DNA of 64,000 nucleotides from a bacterium (GCA_965203325.1 OZ241875.1:2208001-2272000), one strand, 5' to 3'. Shown: positions 10,264 to 20,271, counted from the first letter of the stretch. Program-made: numbers and translations. Notes: generated by a model from the letters alone, not told the origin.

Positions 10264-10494
10264 ATGAGCCGCGCCAAAACCATCGACCTCACGGGCGAAC
10301 TCTGCCCCATGAACTGGGTGCGAACCAAGCTCGCGCTCGAGGCGATGGCGCCGGGCGATACGCTCGAAGTATGGCTCGACGCGGGTGAGGCCGCCACCAG
10401 CGTCCCCGGAAGCGCCGCCGCCGAGGGCCACACCATCCAGAGTGCAACGCCGGACGATGAGGGCCGCGTGCGGGTTGTGATTCGGAAAAACTAA
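10264..10494 (+). CDS. TusA/SirA family sulfur carrier
   Basis: IDLTGELCPMN..TKLALE..PGD.LEV.LD; AAGGAG RBS; 76 aa. Confidence 0.88.
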   Translation: MSRAKTIDLTGELCPMNWVRTKLALEAMAPGDTLEVWLDAGEAATSVPGSAAAEGHTIQSATPDDEGRVRVVIRKN

Positions 10495-10562
10495 TCAGCA
10501 CCGAATATACTCAGCCTTTCCCATTGCCGCCGCAATTTCGTAGCTAAAGAATACGCCAGGTT

Positions 10563-10595
10563 ATAGTTGACTTAAAGCCAACTATCGGCGATATT
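10563..10595 (+). promoter_or_regulatory. Sigma70-type promoter with overlapping palindromic operator for the TA operon
   Basis: TTGACT(10567)-N17-GATATT(10590); inverted repeat ATAGTTG-N9-CAACTAT at 10563-10585. Confidence 0.65.
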
Positions 10596-10613
10596 CGACA
10601 AGGAGACTGTTGT

Positions 10614-10922
10614 TTGGCTCGGGACAGGCTTTCTCCGAAGCAAGCGAAAGAAAATGCCGCCCTTTTCTGGTCGCGCGGATGGGCGATCATCACGCCGCAT
10701 TGTCAGCGGAGAATGAATGAACGGAATGTCTCCTTTAACGATATTACTTACTTGCTAAATCATGGCGAAGTCGTCGACGACAAATCAGTGTACGACGATG
10801 AAAACATGGCATGGGAATATTTCATCGCGGGCGTGGATATTGATGGCGTAGCGCTAGTAGCCATATTCTCTATCGACTCAGAGGATAGTGAAATCACCCT
10901 GATAACGGTGCGAGATATATGA
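10614..10922 (+). CDS. DUF4258-like putative toxin
   Basis: T.HC..RM.ER.VS..DI...L..G motif, C-terminal LITV; directly upstream of a Zn-finger/HTH antitoxin. Confidence 0.75.
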   Translation: MARDRLSPKQAKENAALFWSRGWAIITPHCQRRMNERNVSFNDITYLLNHGEVVDDKSVYDDENMAWEYFIAGVDIDGVALVAIFSIDSEDSEITLITVRDI

Positions 10923-10941
10923 ACACTCAAAGGGGAAAATC

Positions 10942-11430
10942 ATGAAATGCAGGGAGTGCGGTCAAGACTACGTGGAGTCAACGGGAGACTACCATTTCAA
11001 GTTATCCGGGCTGGACAACGCATACATCGAGGATGCGCATCTCATCAAATGCGGATGCGGCGAGGGTCTGAAAATCAAAAGTATGGTTTTGGTGCTGGAC
11101 GAACTCGGCAACGCCGTCATCAACAAGCCCGGTCCCCTGAACGGGCAGGAAATCCGCTACTTGAGAAAAAACGCCGGCCTGAGCGCCCGGGAATTCGCCA
11201 GATTGCTGGAGGTGGATCACACCACGCTCTCGAAATGGGAAAACGGAAGAGCGCCCGGGCGACCGAACGACCTGTTGATCCGTCTCGCCTATGCGGCATG
11301 GAAAGGGTACGAACACCCGAAACGGATTTTCGATATTTTCGAAAAGGTGCGTAAACAGAGAAAGCGGAATATCGCCATCAAGCTCATTCCTGCCGCCAGG
11401 GAAGGTTTCGAGGTCGAATACGCCGCGTAG
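10942..11430 (+). CDS. MqsA/YgiT-type Zn-finger + XRE HTH antitoxin
   Basis: MKCRECG...CGCGE zinc finger; EIRYLRKNAGLSAREFARLLEVDHTTLSKWENG HTH. Confidence 0.85.
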   Translation: MKCRECGQDYVESTGDYHFKLSGLDNAYIEDAHLIKCGCGEGLKIKSMVLVLDELGNAVINKPGPLNGQEIRYLRKNAGLSAREFARLLEVDHTTLSKWENGRAPGRPNDLLIRLAYAAWKGYEHPKRIFDIFEKVRKQRKRNIAIKLIPAAREGFEVEYAA

Positions 11431-11493
11431 ACCCTCGTGCCGATTGAGCAAAACAACCCCCGGAGAAGCAGGCCGCTCCACCCTACCCACTAA

Positions 11494-11640
11494 TGCCAAA
11501 TAGCGTGTCAAATAGTGCGTCAAATAACGAACGATTAAGAGCTTATTTCCAAAAATAAATTTGACAACTATTTAATAATCATATATTTATGAATTTATAT
11601 TCTTTGCCAAATAGCGTGCCAAATAACGTGTCAAATAAGG
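11494..11640 (+). repeat. Two arrays of three 12-bp direct repeats flanking the Fic promoter
   Basis: Units of consensus YGYCAAATARNG at 11494/11506/11518 and 11605/11617/11629; TTGACA at 11561 between them. Confidence 0.85.
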
Positions 11641-11647
11641 AGATAAA

Positions 11648-12838
11648 TTGGACTGGAAAAAGTTCAGATTCGAATATCGATACGAAAACTCAGGCTTCAG
11701 AAATACCATTGTCTCCATAGAGGCGTCCAAAGAAGCGGCAATGAGCCTCATTCTCCCTCCTGATTGGAAAGAGACATTGAACAAGCTCAACCGCGTCCGC
11801 GCCATTCACGGCACCACGGCCATCGAGGGAAACCCCCTTTCAGAAGCCGAAGTTTCAAGGCAAATCGAGGCCCAGGAACAATCCGCCGATCATCAGGATG
11901 ATACGCAGCTCAGCAAGGAGCAAATTCAGATTAGAAACGCCGGGGCCGCGCAAACATGGGTCCAAGGGAGATTCCAACCCGGCAGCGACCCTTTTACTCT
12001 CTTTGACATTTTAACCATGCACAAAATGATCACCGAGAACGCCGACATGACGGATAACACACCCGGGCAGTTGAGAGCCTTTTCGGTTACCGTCGGAAGC
12101 CCGTCTCTGGGAGGCGTTCACAGGGGTGCGCCGCACGAGGAACTGCCCAGTTTAATGAACGAATACATCGAATTTTTGCACTCCCGCAAAATGGAGGCGG
12201 AACACTCCGCCATACGTGCGTTACTTGCGCATTTTTTCCTGGTGACCATCCACCCGTTCGGCGATGGAAACGGCAGAGCTTCCCGCCTGGTGGAGGCGGG
12301 AATCTTGTTCCGTGGGGGGTATAACGTACACGGGTTCTATGGGCTGTCGAATTATTTCTACCGGAACGACGATGAATACAAAAGACTTCTTCAAAAGTGT
12401 AGAGAAGAACAACCCTTCGATGTTACCCCGTTCATTACTTTTGGCTTACAGGGCTTTATGGAGGAATTGAAAGGAATCAACAATTTCATCAAGACGAAGC
12501 TGAATCGAATCGTCTATCGAAACATGCTGGTGCAAGCGCGCAACAAGAAGATATCCGAAAGGAGATACCTGATTAACGACAGGGAATACAATCTCCTTGA
12601 TTTTTTAATCACAGAAACCGAACCCGTCGATCCATTCTCCGATCAACCCTCAAGGGTGATCGGCGCTACGGAGTTGATCGGATCTCCGTATATACGAGGC
12701 GCATACAGGAACGTAACCACGAGAACTCTCATCAGAGAATTGCTCCGGCTTGAGCAGTTTGGCTTCATCAAAGTCACTGATACACCACCTAATGACCTGA
12801 ATATCGAACTGGACTTCGACGCCATAGGGAAATACTAA
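11648..12838 (+). CDS. Fic family protein with C-terminal winged-helix-like region
   Basis: TTAIEGN, Fic motif HPFGDGNGRASR; TTG start after TAAGGAG; lower GC than flanks. Confidence 0.92.
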   Translation: MDWKKFRFEYRYENSGFRNTIVSIEASKEAAMSLILPPDWKETLNKLNRVRAIHGTTAIEGNPLSEAEVSRQIEAQEQSADHQDDTQLSKEQIQIRNAGAAQTWVQGRFQPGSDPFTLFDILTMHKMITENADMTDNTPGQLRAFSVTVGSPSLGGVHRGAPHEELPSLMNEYIEFLHSRKMEAEHSAIRALLAHFFLVTIHPFGDGNGRASRLVEAGILFRGGYNVHGFYGLSNYFYRNDDEYKRLLQKCREEQPFDVTPFITFGLQGFMEELKGINNFIKTKLNRIVYRNMLVQARNKKISERRYLINDREYNLLDFLITETEPVDPFSDQPSRVIGATELIGSPYIRGAYRNVTTRTLIRELLRLEQFGFIKVTDTPPNDLNIELDFDAIGKY

Positions 12839-12865
12839 TTCACGCCCCACTCGATAAGTGCCCCC

Positions 12866-13345
12866 TCAAGTCAACGGTTCGTCCCTAATCCACCGCGCGA
12901 GGGCCTTTTCGGGGTCTGCGATCTCATCTATCGAGGTGTAGAAGGAGGCCTCCCAGCCGACTTCGGGCAGGCCGGTGAAGATCATGAGGTTCAGCGGATA
13001 GGCTTCGCAATCCGTGGAGCGCCTGAAATCATCGCGGAACAAGAAGACGGGCTTCCCCCAGGCGACCGCCATGCCGAGCTCCACCATCACGCCCTCATCG
13101 GGCGGACAGCCGTTCACCACGCCGAAAAATCCCGCCGCCTCGCGCACGTCGCGCATGTCGTTCTGCCCGACGCGGTACGCCCAGCCGGGCTGCGCGAGCA
13201 TCTCGGGCTGGTTGTTGCGCGTGAACGGCTCCCACACTTCGGCGCCCACGGCTTCCAGCGCCGCCACGAGTTCCTTCAGCGGCCCCTCGCGCTGCTGCAA
13301 TGAAAAGCCGTACGGGCTCGCCAGATACAGGGTCTTATCCGACAT
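12866..13345 (-). CDS. Nucleoside 2-deoxyribosyltransferase family protein
   Basis: YLASPYGFS, DEGVMVELGMAVAWGKP, NLM motifs. Confidence 0.88.
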   Translation of the reverse strand: MSDKTLYLASPYGFSLQQREGPLKELVAALEAVGAEVWEPFTRNNQPEMLAQPGWAYRVGQNDMRDVREAAGFFGVVNGCPPDEGVMVELGMAVAWGKPVFLFRDDFRRSTDCEAYPLNLMIFTGLPEVGWEASFYTSIDEIADPEKALARWIRDEPLT

Positions 13346-13491
13346 GCTCACCCCCTCTCCTCTCTTGTTTCACCTCGCGCCGTCGATAAGGGAGCGCGCG
13401 CCATACTCCCACACGAAGCGAGAGATCGTCCAGCGCGGGCGCGGCCCCTCCCGAAGCGGCGCATCCATCGACGCATGCCTCCCGTTCGTCC

Positions 13492-14646
13492 TCACTTCAC
13501 GTTCTCGCCGAAAGCGGCGAAGGCCAGCCCCGCACACAGCGCGAGTCCCGCGGCGACGTGGAGCAGCGTCACGAACCCCCATACCGGGAGCAGCCAGCCC
13601 GCCAGCAGCGCGCCGAGCGTGGAGCCGACCCCCCAGGTGGCGGCGCTGTAGAGGGATTGCGCTGTGTTCTTCGTCGCCGCACTGCTCAGGCGGTCGACGT
13701 ACTGGATCGCGCCCGCGTGGAAGACGCCGAATGCGACGCCGTGCAGGAGTTGAATGAGGATGAGCAAAACCGCGTCCGTCGTGAGGGCGACGAACTCCCA
13801 ACGGAGCCCGGCGGCGATCATGCCAGCGGCGATCATCCACTTGAGGCCGAATCTTTTCTGGATGGCCTGCGCGTAGATGAGAAAAACGATTTCGCTCACC
13901 ACGCCCACCGTCCACGCGAGGGCGATCAGGTCCGCCGAAAGCCCGAGTTGTTTGAGCCTGATGCTGAAATAAATCCCGAAAGGCCCTGCGGAAATCGAGG
14001 CGAACGTCGTGGTGAGGAGGAAGACGGCGAGCGGGCGGCTTTTGAGCAAAAGGCCCAGGTCGGCCCGGAAGCGCGGGCGCGCGCGGCCCGTCTCTCTCGG
14101 CAGAAAAAAAATCACGAAGACGAGAAGAAGACCCACGCCCGCCACGAACGGAAAGATGGAGGCGACCCCGGTGGTCTCCACCAGACGGCCCGCGCCCATC
14201 GCCGCGACGATGAAGCCCAGCGATCCCCACAGGCGCACCCGGCCGTATTGCGCGCCGGTGGCCTCTATCTCGCGCAGGCAAAGGTTCTCGGCTATCGGCA
14301 CGAGGGGGGCTCTCAAAGCGGAGAAGAGCGTGATCAATATGAGCAGGGCGAGGAAACCGCTCGCGCCCCAAAGGAGAAGAGCTAAAAGAGAACTCGCTAT
14401 CGCGCACGTGAAGGCCACGCTTCGGCCCAGGCGGAACTTGTCCGCGAGCGCGCCGAACAGGGGAGGTGCTACCGCGCTCGAAAGACGCGGCGCCGCGTTC
14501 AACAGGCCGAGCTGGAACCCGCTCACGCCCGCGGAATGATAAAAGATGTTCAGGAACGGGAGCATGACGCCGACGGCGAAAAAATGCAGGAAATAAAACG
14601 CGGGCATCCGCCAGAAGGGGACAGGGCCTGCGGCTTGCGCGCTCAC
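13492..14646 (-). CDS. MFS transporter
   Basis: Multiple TM helices, YGRVRLWGSLGF, LLHGVAFG; start approximate. Confidence 0.88.
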   Translation of the reverse strand: MSAQAAGPVPFWRMPAFYFLHFFAVGVMLPFLNIFYHSAGVSGFQLGLLNAAPRLSSAVAPPLFGALADKFRLGRSVAFTCAIASSLLALLLWGASGFLALLILITLFSALRAPLVPIAENLCLREIEATGAQYGRVRLWGSLGFIVAAMGAGRLVETTGVASIFPFVAGVGLLLVFVIFFLPRETGRARPRFRADLGLLLKSRPLAVFLLTTTFASISAGPFGIYFSIRLKQLGLSADLIALAWTVGVVSEIVFLIYAQAIQKRFGLKWMIAAGMIAAGLRWEFVALTTDAVLLILIQLLHGVAFGVFHAGAIQYVDRLSSAATKNTAQSLYSAATWGVGSTLGALLAGWLLPVWGFVTLLHVAAGLALCAGLAFAAFGENVK

Positions 14647-14955
14647 GGGCGCGCCCAGTGAATACGGGGCACCTGGAACCTCTCCACCCGGGCGGGAAAA
14701 CCCATTCGACCACGATGTGAAAACGATTTCCACCCGCGCGGCGGTTTCTTCTTCGGCACGGTTTTGTTATCCTCCACGCGCGACGGGTTGTTTCGTTCCA
14801 AACCAACAGATCGAACGCCGTGCGGTCCGTTCAGCAGCCCGGATTCAGGGGCCGCAGCGGCGAATCCAAAACCGACGAATCGCGGGTAACTCCCCCGAAT
14901 GGGGGAATTTCATATAACTTCTTCACCTCATGGCAATTCCAGCAGGAGCAAAATC

Positions 14956-15984
14956 ATGAGCACGAACGACCTGGCGAAAATCGCCGAGCAGATGGTGGCG
15001 CCCGGCAAGGGCATCCTCGCGGCGGACGAGAGTTCGGGCACGATCCAAAAGCGCCTCGACAGCATCGGCGTCGAATCCACCGAGGAGAACCGGCGCGCCT
15101 ACCGCGAGCTTCTCTTCACAACGGAGGGAATCGAGGAATACATCAGCGGCGTCATCCTCTTCGACGAGACGCTGCGCCAGAGCGCTGCGGACGGGACGAA
15201 CTTCGGCGCGCTGCTCGACTCGCGCGGCATCCTCCCCGGCATCAAGGTCGACAAGGGCGCCAAGGACCTGGCCTTCGCACCGGGCGAGAAGGTCACCGAG
15301 GGCCTCGACGGCCTGCGCGAGCGGCTTAGCGAGTACGTCTCACTCGGGGCCACGTTCACCAAGTGGCGCGCCGTCATCACCATCGGCGAGGGAATCCCCT
15401 CGGCGTACTGCATCGAGGCCAACGCGCACGGCCTCGCGCGCTACGCCGCGCTCTCCCAGGAAGCGGGCCTCGTGCCCATCGTGGAGCCCGAGGTGCTCAT
15501 GGACGCGGACAACACCATCGAGGTCTGCGAGCAAGTGACGAACGAGACGCTCGAGAGCGTCTTCGGCGCCCTGCACCAACACCGTGTCTCGCTCGAGGGC
15601 ATGATCCTCAAACCCAACATGGTGATCTCGGGCAAGGGGTGCCCGGTCCAGGCGGGCGTGGGGGAAGTGGCCGAGGCCACCGTCCGCTCTCTCACGAGAA
15701 ACGTGCCCGCCGCCGTGCCCGGCATCTGCTTCCTCTCGGGCGGGCAGAGCGACGCCGTCGCCACCGCGCACTTAAACGCGATGAACGCGATGGGCCCCCA
15801 CCCCTGGGAGCTCAGCTTCTCCTACGGCCGCGCGCTGCAGGCGCCGGCGCTCAAGGGCTGGGGCGGCGACGCCGCGAACGTATCCCTTGCCCAGAGGCTC
15901 TTCCTCCACCGGTGCAAGTGCAACGGCGCCGCGCGAACCGGAGCGTATGAGGACGCGATGGAAGAAGAAGTCGCCGCCGCGTAG
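14956..15984 (+). CDS. Class I fructose-bisphosphate aldolase
   Basis: GKGILAADES, KWRAV, PIVEPEV, LKPNMV Schiff-base Lys, FLSGGQS, SFSYGRALQ. Confidence 0.96.
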   Translation: MSTNDLAKIAEQMVAPGKGILAADESSGTIQKRLDSIGVESTEENRRAYRELLFTTEGIEEYISGVILFDETLRQSAADGTNFGALLDSRGILPGIKVDKGAKDLAFAPGEKVTEGLDGLRERLSEYVSLGATFTKWRAVITIGEGIPSAYCIEANAHGLARYAALSQEAGLVPIVEPEVLMDADNTIEVCEQVTNETLESVFGALHQHRVSLEGMILKPNMVISGKGCPVQAGVGEVAEATVRSLTRNVPAAVPGICFLSGGQSDAVATAHLNAMNAMGPHPWELSFSYGRALQAPALKGWGGDAANVSLAQRLFLHRCKCNGAARTGAYEDAMEEEVAAA

Positions 15985-16020
15985 CAGGCAAGCGACCGCC
16001 CGCGAAGGACAGGAGAGAGG

Positions 16021-17061
16021 ATGCAGCAGGAAGCCGCTACCGTCGCCAGCACAAGCTTCAAGGGAATGACGCTCGAGCGCCACATCCGCGAGGAAGAGCG
16101 AAACCACCCGGGCGCGCGGGGGCTCTTCACCCGCCTCGTCACGCAGATCACCCTGGCCGCCAAGATCATCAACGCCGAGGTCAACAAGGCGGGCCTCGTG
16201 GACATCCTCGGGCTGACCGGCGAGATGAACGTGCAAGGCGAGGAAGTCCAGAAGCTCGATGAATACGCGAACGACGTGATGCGAAGGGCCCTCGACCACA
16301 CGGGTTCGGTGGCCGCTCTGGCGAGCGAGGAGATGGAGGAAGTCTATGTCGTCCCCGGCAAATACGTGGAGGGCGGCGAATACGTGGTGCTCTACGACCC
16401 GCTGGACGGCTCCTCGAACATCGACGTGAACGTGAGCATCGGCTCGATCTTCTCCATCCTGCGCCGCAGGGGGGAGAGCGGCCCCACGGAACTCGACGAC
16501 TTCCTCCAGCCGGGCGTCGAGCAGGTCTGCGCGGGCTACGTCATCTACGGCTCCTCCACCATGCTGGTCTACACCACGGGCAACGGCGTCGACGGCTTCA
16601 CCCTCGACCCCTCTGTGGGCGAGTTCTTCCTCTCCCACCCCGACATCCGGATTCCCGAGCGCGGGAAGATATACAGCATCAACGAGGGCAACTCCTCGAA
16701 GTGGGACGAATCCACCTCCCGCTACGTCGCGTATTTGAAAGACGAGGACGCCGATTCGGGCCGCCCCTATTCGGGCCGCTACATCGGCTCGCTGGTGGCC
16801 GATTTCCACAGAAACCTGCTCAAGGGCGGCATCTTCCTCTATCCGGGCGACAGGAAAAACCCGGACGGCAAGCTGCGCCTTCTCTACGAGTGCAACCCGA
16901 TGTCCTTCATCGCGGAACAGGCGGGGGGCGCTGCGAGCGACGGCCGCCGCAGGGTGATGGAGATCCAGCCCGAAAAACTACACCAGCGCATTCCCTTCAT
17001 CGTCGGCAGCAAGCGCGACGTCGCCGACGCCAACCGCTTCATGTCCGGAGGAGGAAACTGA
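16021..17061 (+). CDS. fbp: Class 1 fructose-1,6-bisphosphatase
   Basis: DPLDGSSNIDVN, RYIGSLVADFHR, GKLRLLYECNP. Confidence 0.96.
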   Translation: MQQEAATVASTSFKGMTLERHIREEERNHPGARGLFTRLVTQITLAAKIINAEVNKAGLVDILGLTGEMNVQGEEVQKLDEYANDVMRRALDHTGSVAALASEEMEEVYVVPGKYVEGGEYVVLYDPLDGSSNIDVNVSIGSIFSILRRRGESGPTELDDFLQPGVEQVCAGYVIYGSSTMLVYTTGNGVDGFTLDPSVGEFFLSHPDIRIPERGKIYSINEGNSSKWDESTSRYVAYLKDEDADSGRPYSGRYIGSLVADFHRNLLKGGIFLYPGDRKNPDGKLRLLYECNPMSFIAEQAGGAASDGRRRVMEIQPEKLHQRIPFIVGSKRDVADANRFMSGGGN

Positions 17062-17961
17062 ATGCAGACGCACCGCCCCGTAATTTTATTCCTCGCCGCC
17101 GCCCTGTCCACCGGATGCGTGGGCATCGAAGACTACGAGCGAAAGACGGATGAAGCCGCCGGCCTCAGGAAGGAGCTTTCGGATCAACAGAGCCGGATCG
17201 ACGGGCTTCGCCGGAACATCGAGGAACTCGAAGGACGGATCAAGCAAAAAGACCTGGAAACCCAGGAACTCAGCCAGTCCCTCACCATGGCCAGGCGCCA
17301 CAGCCAGCAGACGGAGACGCGCGTGGCCGACCTGCGCGCGCAGTTGACCGCCCAGCAGTCGCAGCAAACCGAGAGCGCCAAGAAGGCCGGGCGCTTCGAG
17401 CGCGCGTACGAGAACTCGCGCGCACGGGTCCGGGAGCTTCAGAAAAACCTCGTCGCCACACAAAAGAAACTCCTGCGCTTCGAGGACAGGATTCGCTTCC
17501 AGATCCAGCTCGAAAAGGACATGAAGGCGCAGTTCTCGAGAGAACGACGCCGCGGAACCGTGGAGGTGCGGCGCGCCGGCGACCGGGTGATCATCAGCAT
17601 CGCGAGCGCCATCCTCTTCAAGTCGGGAAGCGCCAAGGTCCGCTCCGAGAGCAAGGCCCTGCTCGTGAAGTTCTCGAGCCTTCTGCGCCGCTACTCGAAC
17701 CGCGAGGTGCAGGTGCAGGGCCACACCGACAACGTGCAGATTTCCGATCGCCTGGCGGAGCGCTGGGAGACGAACTGGGAGCTCTCCGCCGCGCGCGCCA
17801 CGCGGGTGCTGCGCTATTTCGTCGAGGTGGGCAACCTCGACCCGCGCCGGGTCTCGGGTGCGGGGATGGGCGAGTTCCGCCCGATCGCCGACAACGACAC
17901 GCGCGAGGGCCGGCGGACGAACCGCAGGATCGAAATCGTCATCTTCCCCCCCGACTCCTAA
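17062..17961 (+). CDS. Lipoprotein with coiled coil and OmpA/MotB peptidoglycan-binding domain
   Basis: Lipobox LSTGC; coiled coil; GHTDN, NWELSAARA, NRRIEI. Confidence 0.88.
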   Translation: MQTHRPVILFLAAALSTGCVGIEDYERKTDEAAGLRKELSDQQSRIDGLRRNIEELEGRIKQKDLETQELSQSLTMARRHSQQTETRVADLRAQLTAQQSQQTESAKKAGRFERAYENSRARVRELQKNLVATQKKLLRFEDRIRFQIQLEKDMKAQFSRERRRGTVEVRRAGDRVIISIASAILFKSGSAKVRSESKALLVKFSSLLRRYSNREVQVQGHTDNVQISDRLAERWETNWELSAARATRVLRYFVEVGNLDPRRVSGAGMGEFRPIADNDTREGRRTNRRIEIVIFPPDS

Positions 17962-18003
17962 GGGGCGAATTCTCTTCACGGCGTTCAGAGAAAGGACACC
18001 TTC

Positions 18004-18666
18004 TTGATCCTCGAGCGGATACCCGTCGGGCCCTTCCAGATGAACAGCTACGTCGTGGGCTGCGAGGAGACGAAAGAGGGCGCCTACGTCGACCCGGGCG
18101 CGGAGGTGGAGCGCGTCATCGCGGCGGCGCGCGGGCGCGGCCTCACCCTCACCAGGATCATCGGCACCCACGCCCATCTCGACCACGCCGAGGGCGCCGC
18201 GGAGGCGAAGGAAAAGCTCGGGATTCCCTACTGGCTCCATGAGGCGGAACTCTTCAACCTGCAAAACATCCCGAACGCGGCGCGCGGCTACGGCTTCCCC
18301 GAGCCGCCCGTCCCGGAGGTGGACGCTTACCTCACGCCCGGCGAGACGATCTCGGTGGGAAACCTCGAATTCGAGATCAGGCTCACCGACGGGCACGCGC
18401 CGGGCAACGTCACCCTCTACCGGCCGGGGGACGGGAACGAGCCGGGGCACGCCATCGTGGGCGACGCGCTCTTCGCGGGTTCGGTCGGGCGGACCGACCT
18501 CTACATGGGCGACGGGAACGTGCTCTTGAACGCCATCCGCACCCAACTGCTGACATTGCCTGACGATACTATCGTGCATCCGGGCCACGGTCCCGAGACC
18601 ACCATCGGCCACGAGAAAGCCACCAACCCCTTCTGCCGGCCCGGAGCCGAACAATTTCTGACTTGA
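18004..18666 (+). CDS. MBL-fold metallo-hydrolase (glyoxalase II-like)
   Basis: THAHLDH, GHAPG, GDALF, PGHG. Confidence 0.92.
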   Translation: MILERIPVGPFQMNSYVVGCEETKEGAYVDPGAEVERVIAAARGRGLTLTRIIGTHAHLDHAEGAAEAKEKLGIPYWLHEAELFNLQNIPNAARGYGFPEPPVPEVDAYLTPGETISVGNLEFEIRLTDGHAPGNVTLYRPGDGNEPGHAIVGDALFAGSVGRTDLYMGDGNVLLNAIRTQLLTLPDDTIVHPGHGPETTIGHEKATNPFCRPGAEQFLT

Positions 18667-19211
18667 ACGCCGACGCCCCGCAGGCCCACCCCCATCTCGG
18701 CGGCGGGGTGAAGTTCTGCGTCGCCTGCGGGAGTCCGCTCGTCTACCGCCCCTGGACGGAGGGAGACGGCACCACCCAGCTTTGCTGCAGCGCGGCGTCC
18801 TGCAACCACGTCCACTTCCTCGACCCCAAAGTCGCGGCGGGCGTCGTCGCGACGGTCGACGGGGAGGCCGTGCTCGTGCGGCGCGCCCACAACCCCGGCA
18901 AGGGGCTCTGGACGTTTCCGGGCGGCTTCGTGAACCGGGGCGAGGTGGTCGCAGAAGCCGCCGCGCGCGAGGCGAAAGAAGAAGCGGGGATCGAGGTGGC
19001 GGTCGATTCTCTTTTGGGCGTGTATTCCTTCGAGGGAAACGCCACCGTGCTCATCGTCTACACGGGCGTCGTGACGGCGGGCGCCCCCCGCGCGCTTTCC
19101 GAGACCACCGAGGTCAAGCTCGTCGCGCCCGATGCGATCGACTTCAGTGAGCTCGCCTTCGATACCACCCGCGCCGCCATGCGCGACTGGCAGGAGAGGG
19201 TGCGGGGGTAG
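18663..19211 (+). CDS. NUDIX hydrolase with N-terminal Zn ribbon
   Basis: FCVACG...C....C; Nudix box PGGFVNRGEVVAEAAAREAKEEAG. Confidence 0.9.
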   Translation: MNADAPQAHPHLGGGVKFCVACGSPLVYRPWTEGDGTTQLCCSAASCNHVHFLDPKVAAGVVATVDGEAVLVRRAHNPGKGLWTFPGGFVNRGEVVAEAAAREAKEEAGIEVAVDSLLGVYSFEGNATVLIVYTGVVTAGAPRALSETTEVKLVAPDAIDFSELAFDTTRAAMRDWQERVRG

Positions 19212-19290
19212 GGACAGGCCCCTGTGCCTGTCCTGAAAAGGAACAACCACGGGAAGCAGGACAACCCACGCAAGTAGACCCCCTGTCCCC

Positions 19291-19626
19291 TCACGACGCT
19301 CCCGCGTATATCAGCGCGCCGGGTTTCAGAGGGGCGTTTTTCTTCGGTTTCTTCACCCGCAACTCCACCGTCATACCGAGTTTGACCATGTAGTCGATCA
19401 GCCGCTCGCGGGAGAAGCGCGAGAGCTTGCCGTTCATGAGATAGGACGCCTCGGGTTGCTTGATGTCGAGAATTCGCATCACATCCTTCTGAGTCAATTT
19501 CCTGGACCTAACCGTATCCAAAACGTCACTCAGAAGCTCAGCCCTCAACTGTATCTCATCCGCTTTCGGATGCCCGAGGTCCTTGAAGACATTGTGGCTT
19601 CCCTTGAAAATTTCAAATTCACTCAT
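19291..19626 (-). CDS. HigA-like XRE-family HTH antitoxin
   Basis: GSHNVFKDLG, LTQK....L.I.QP..S.LM.GK...FS. Confidence 0.88.
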   Translation of the reverse strand: MSEFEIFKGSHNVFKDLGHPKADEIQLRAELLSDVLDTVRSRKLTQKDVMRILDIKQPEASYLMNGKLSRFSRERLIDYMVKLGMTVELRVKKPKKNAPLKPGALIYAGAS

Positions 19627-19658
19627 CTGCTCATCTCCTTTCGTACTCACTCGATACT

Positions 19659-20027
19659 TTATCGGTTTTTCATATATTCAACCAACCTTTTGAAATTCGC
19701 CTCGATGATCCGCATTTCCCGCCCTGGCGTTTGGATTCCCCTTTTCGATTTCTTTTGAAAGGCGTGAAGAACACAGACAGCCTCCTTGAATTTCACCGTG
19801 TAGATTGCCCGATACGCGTTCCCGTCGTGGTTTCTGGTGATCTCCAAAACGCCGGCTCCCCTGAAGCCCTTCAGTGGCTTCGCGGAGGGGGCTTTTCCTC
19901 CCCATTGGGCTTCCTCAAAGGCGAAGTACATATCCTCCTGCACCTCATGGGGAAACTGCTCAAACGCATCCTTGCTCCTGCCTGCCCACCATATGGGTTT
20001 GGGCGTTTTCGACCTGATGCGTTGCAC
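19659..20027 (-). CDS. RelE/ParE-family (HigB/Gp49-like) toxin
   Basis: KPLKGF.GAGVLEI, YRAIYT, VLHAFQKKS; toxin-first gene order. Confidence 0.9.
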   Translation of the reverse strand: MQRIRSKTPKPIWWAGRSKDAFEQFPHEVQEDMYFAFEEAQWGGKAPSAKPLKGFRGAGVLEITRNHDGNAYRAIYTVKFKEAVCVLHAFQKKSKRGIQTPGREMRIIEANFKRLVEYMKNR

Positions 20028-20101
20028 GGATATAATTCATCCTTTCTCCTCGCTGTTTGCTCATTGAAATTTTGTAAGGAAATTTATCCGGGTCATCAAC
20101 C

Positions 20102-20131
20102 AACATATAACATGACTGTTATATTCGTCAA
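20102..20131 (-). promoter_or_regulatory. Promoter and palindromic operator of the higBA-like operon
   Basis: Perfect palindrome ATATAACA-TGAC-TGTTATAT at 20105-20124 adjoining TTGACG (minus strand, 20131-20126). Confidence 0.65.
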
Positions 20132-20271
20132 CATCGAGCCGACTCATTCTGTATCCCCCTCCCCCTACTCTCCTCGCGCGCGCGATCATATAATCGGGCC
20201 ATCCGTTACGACCTTTCCGGTTCACGGGAGGCGCGCGCGGCGCGGCCTCTTACCAGATAAGGAGACGATAG

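Noticed and set aside
11494..11640. Short repeats as a CRISPR array
   Set aside because: Units are 12 bp, contiguous and without spacers; no cas genes or CRISPR array were seen in the window.
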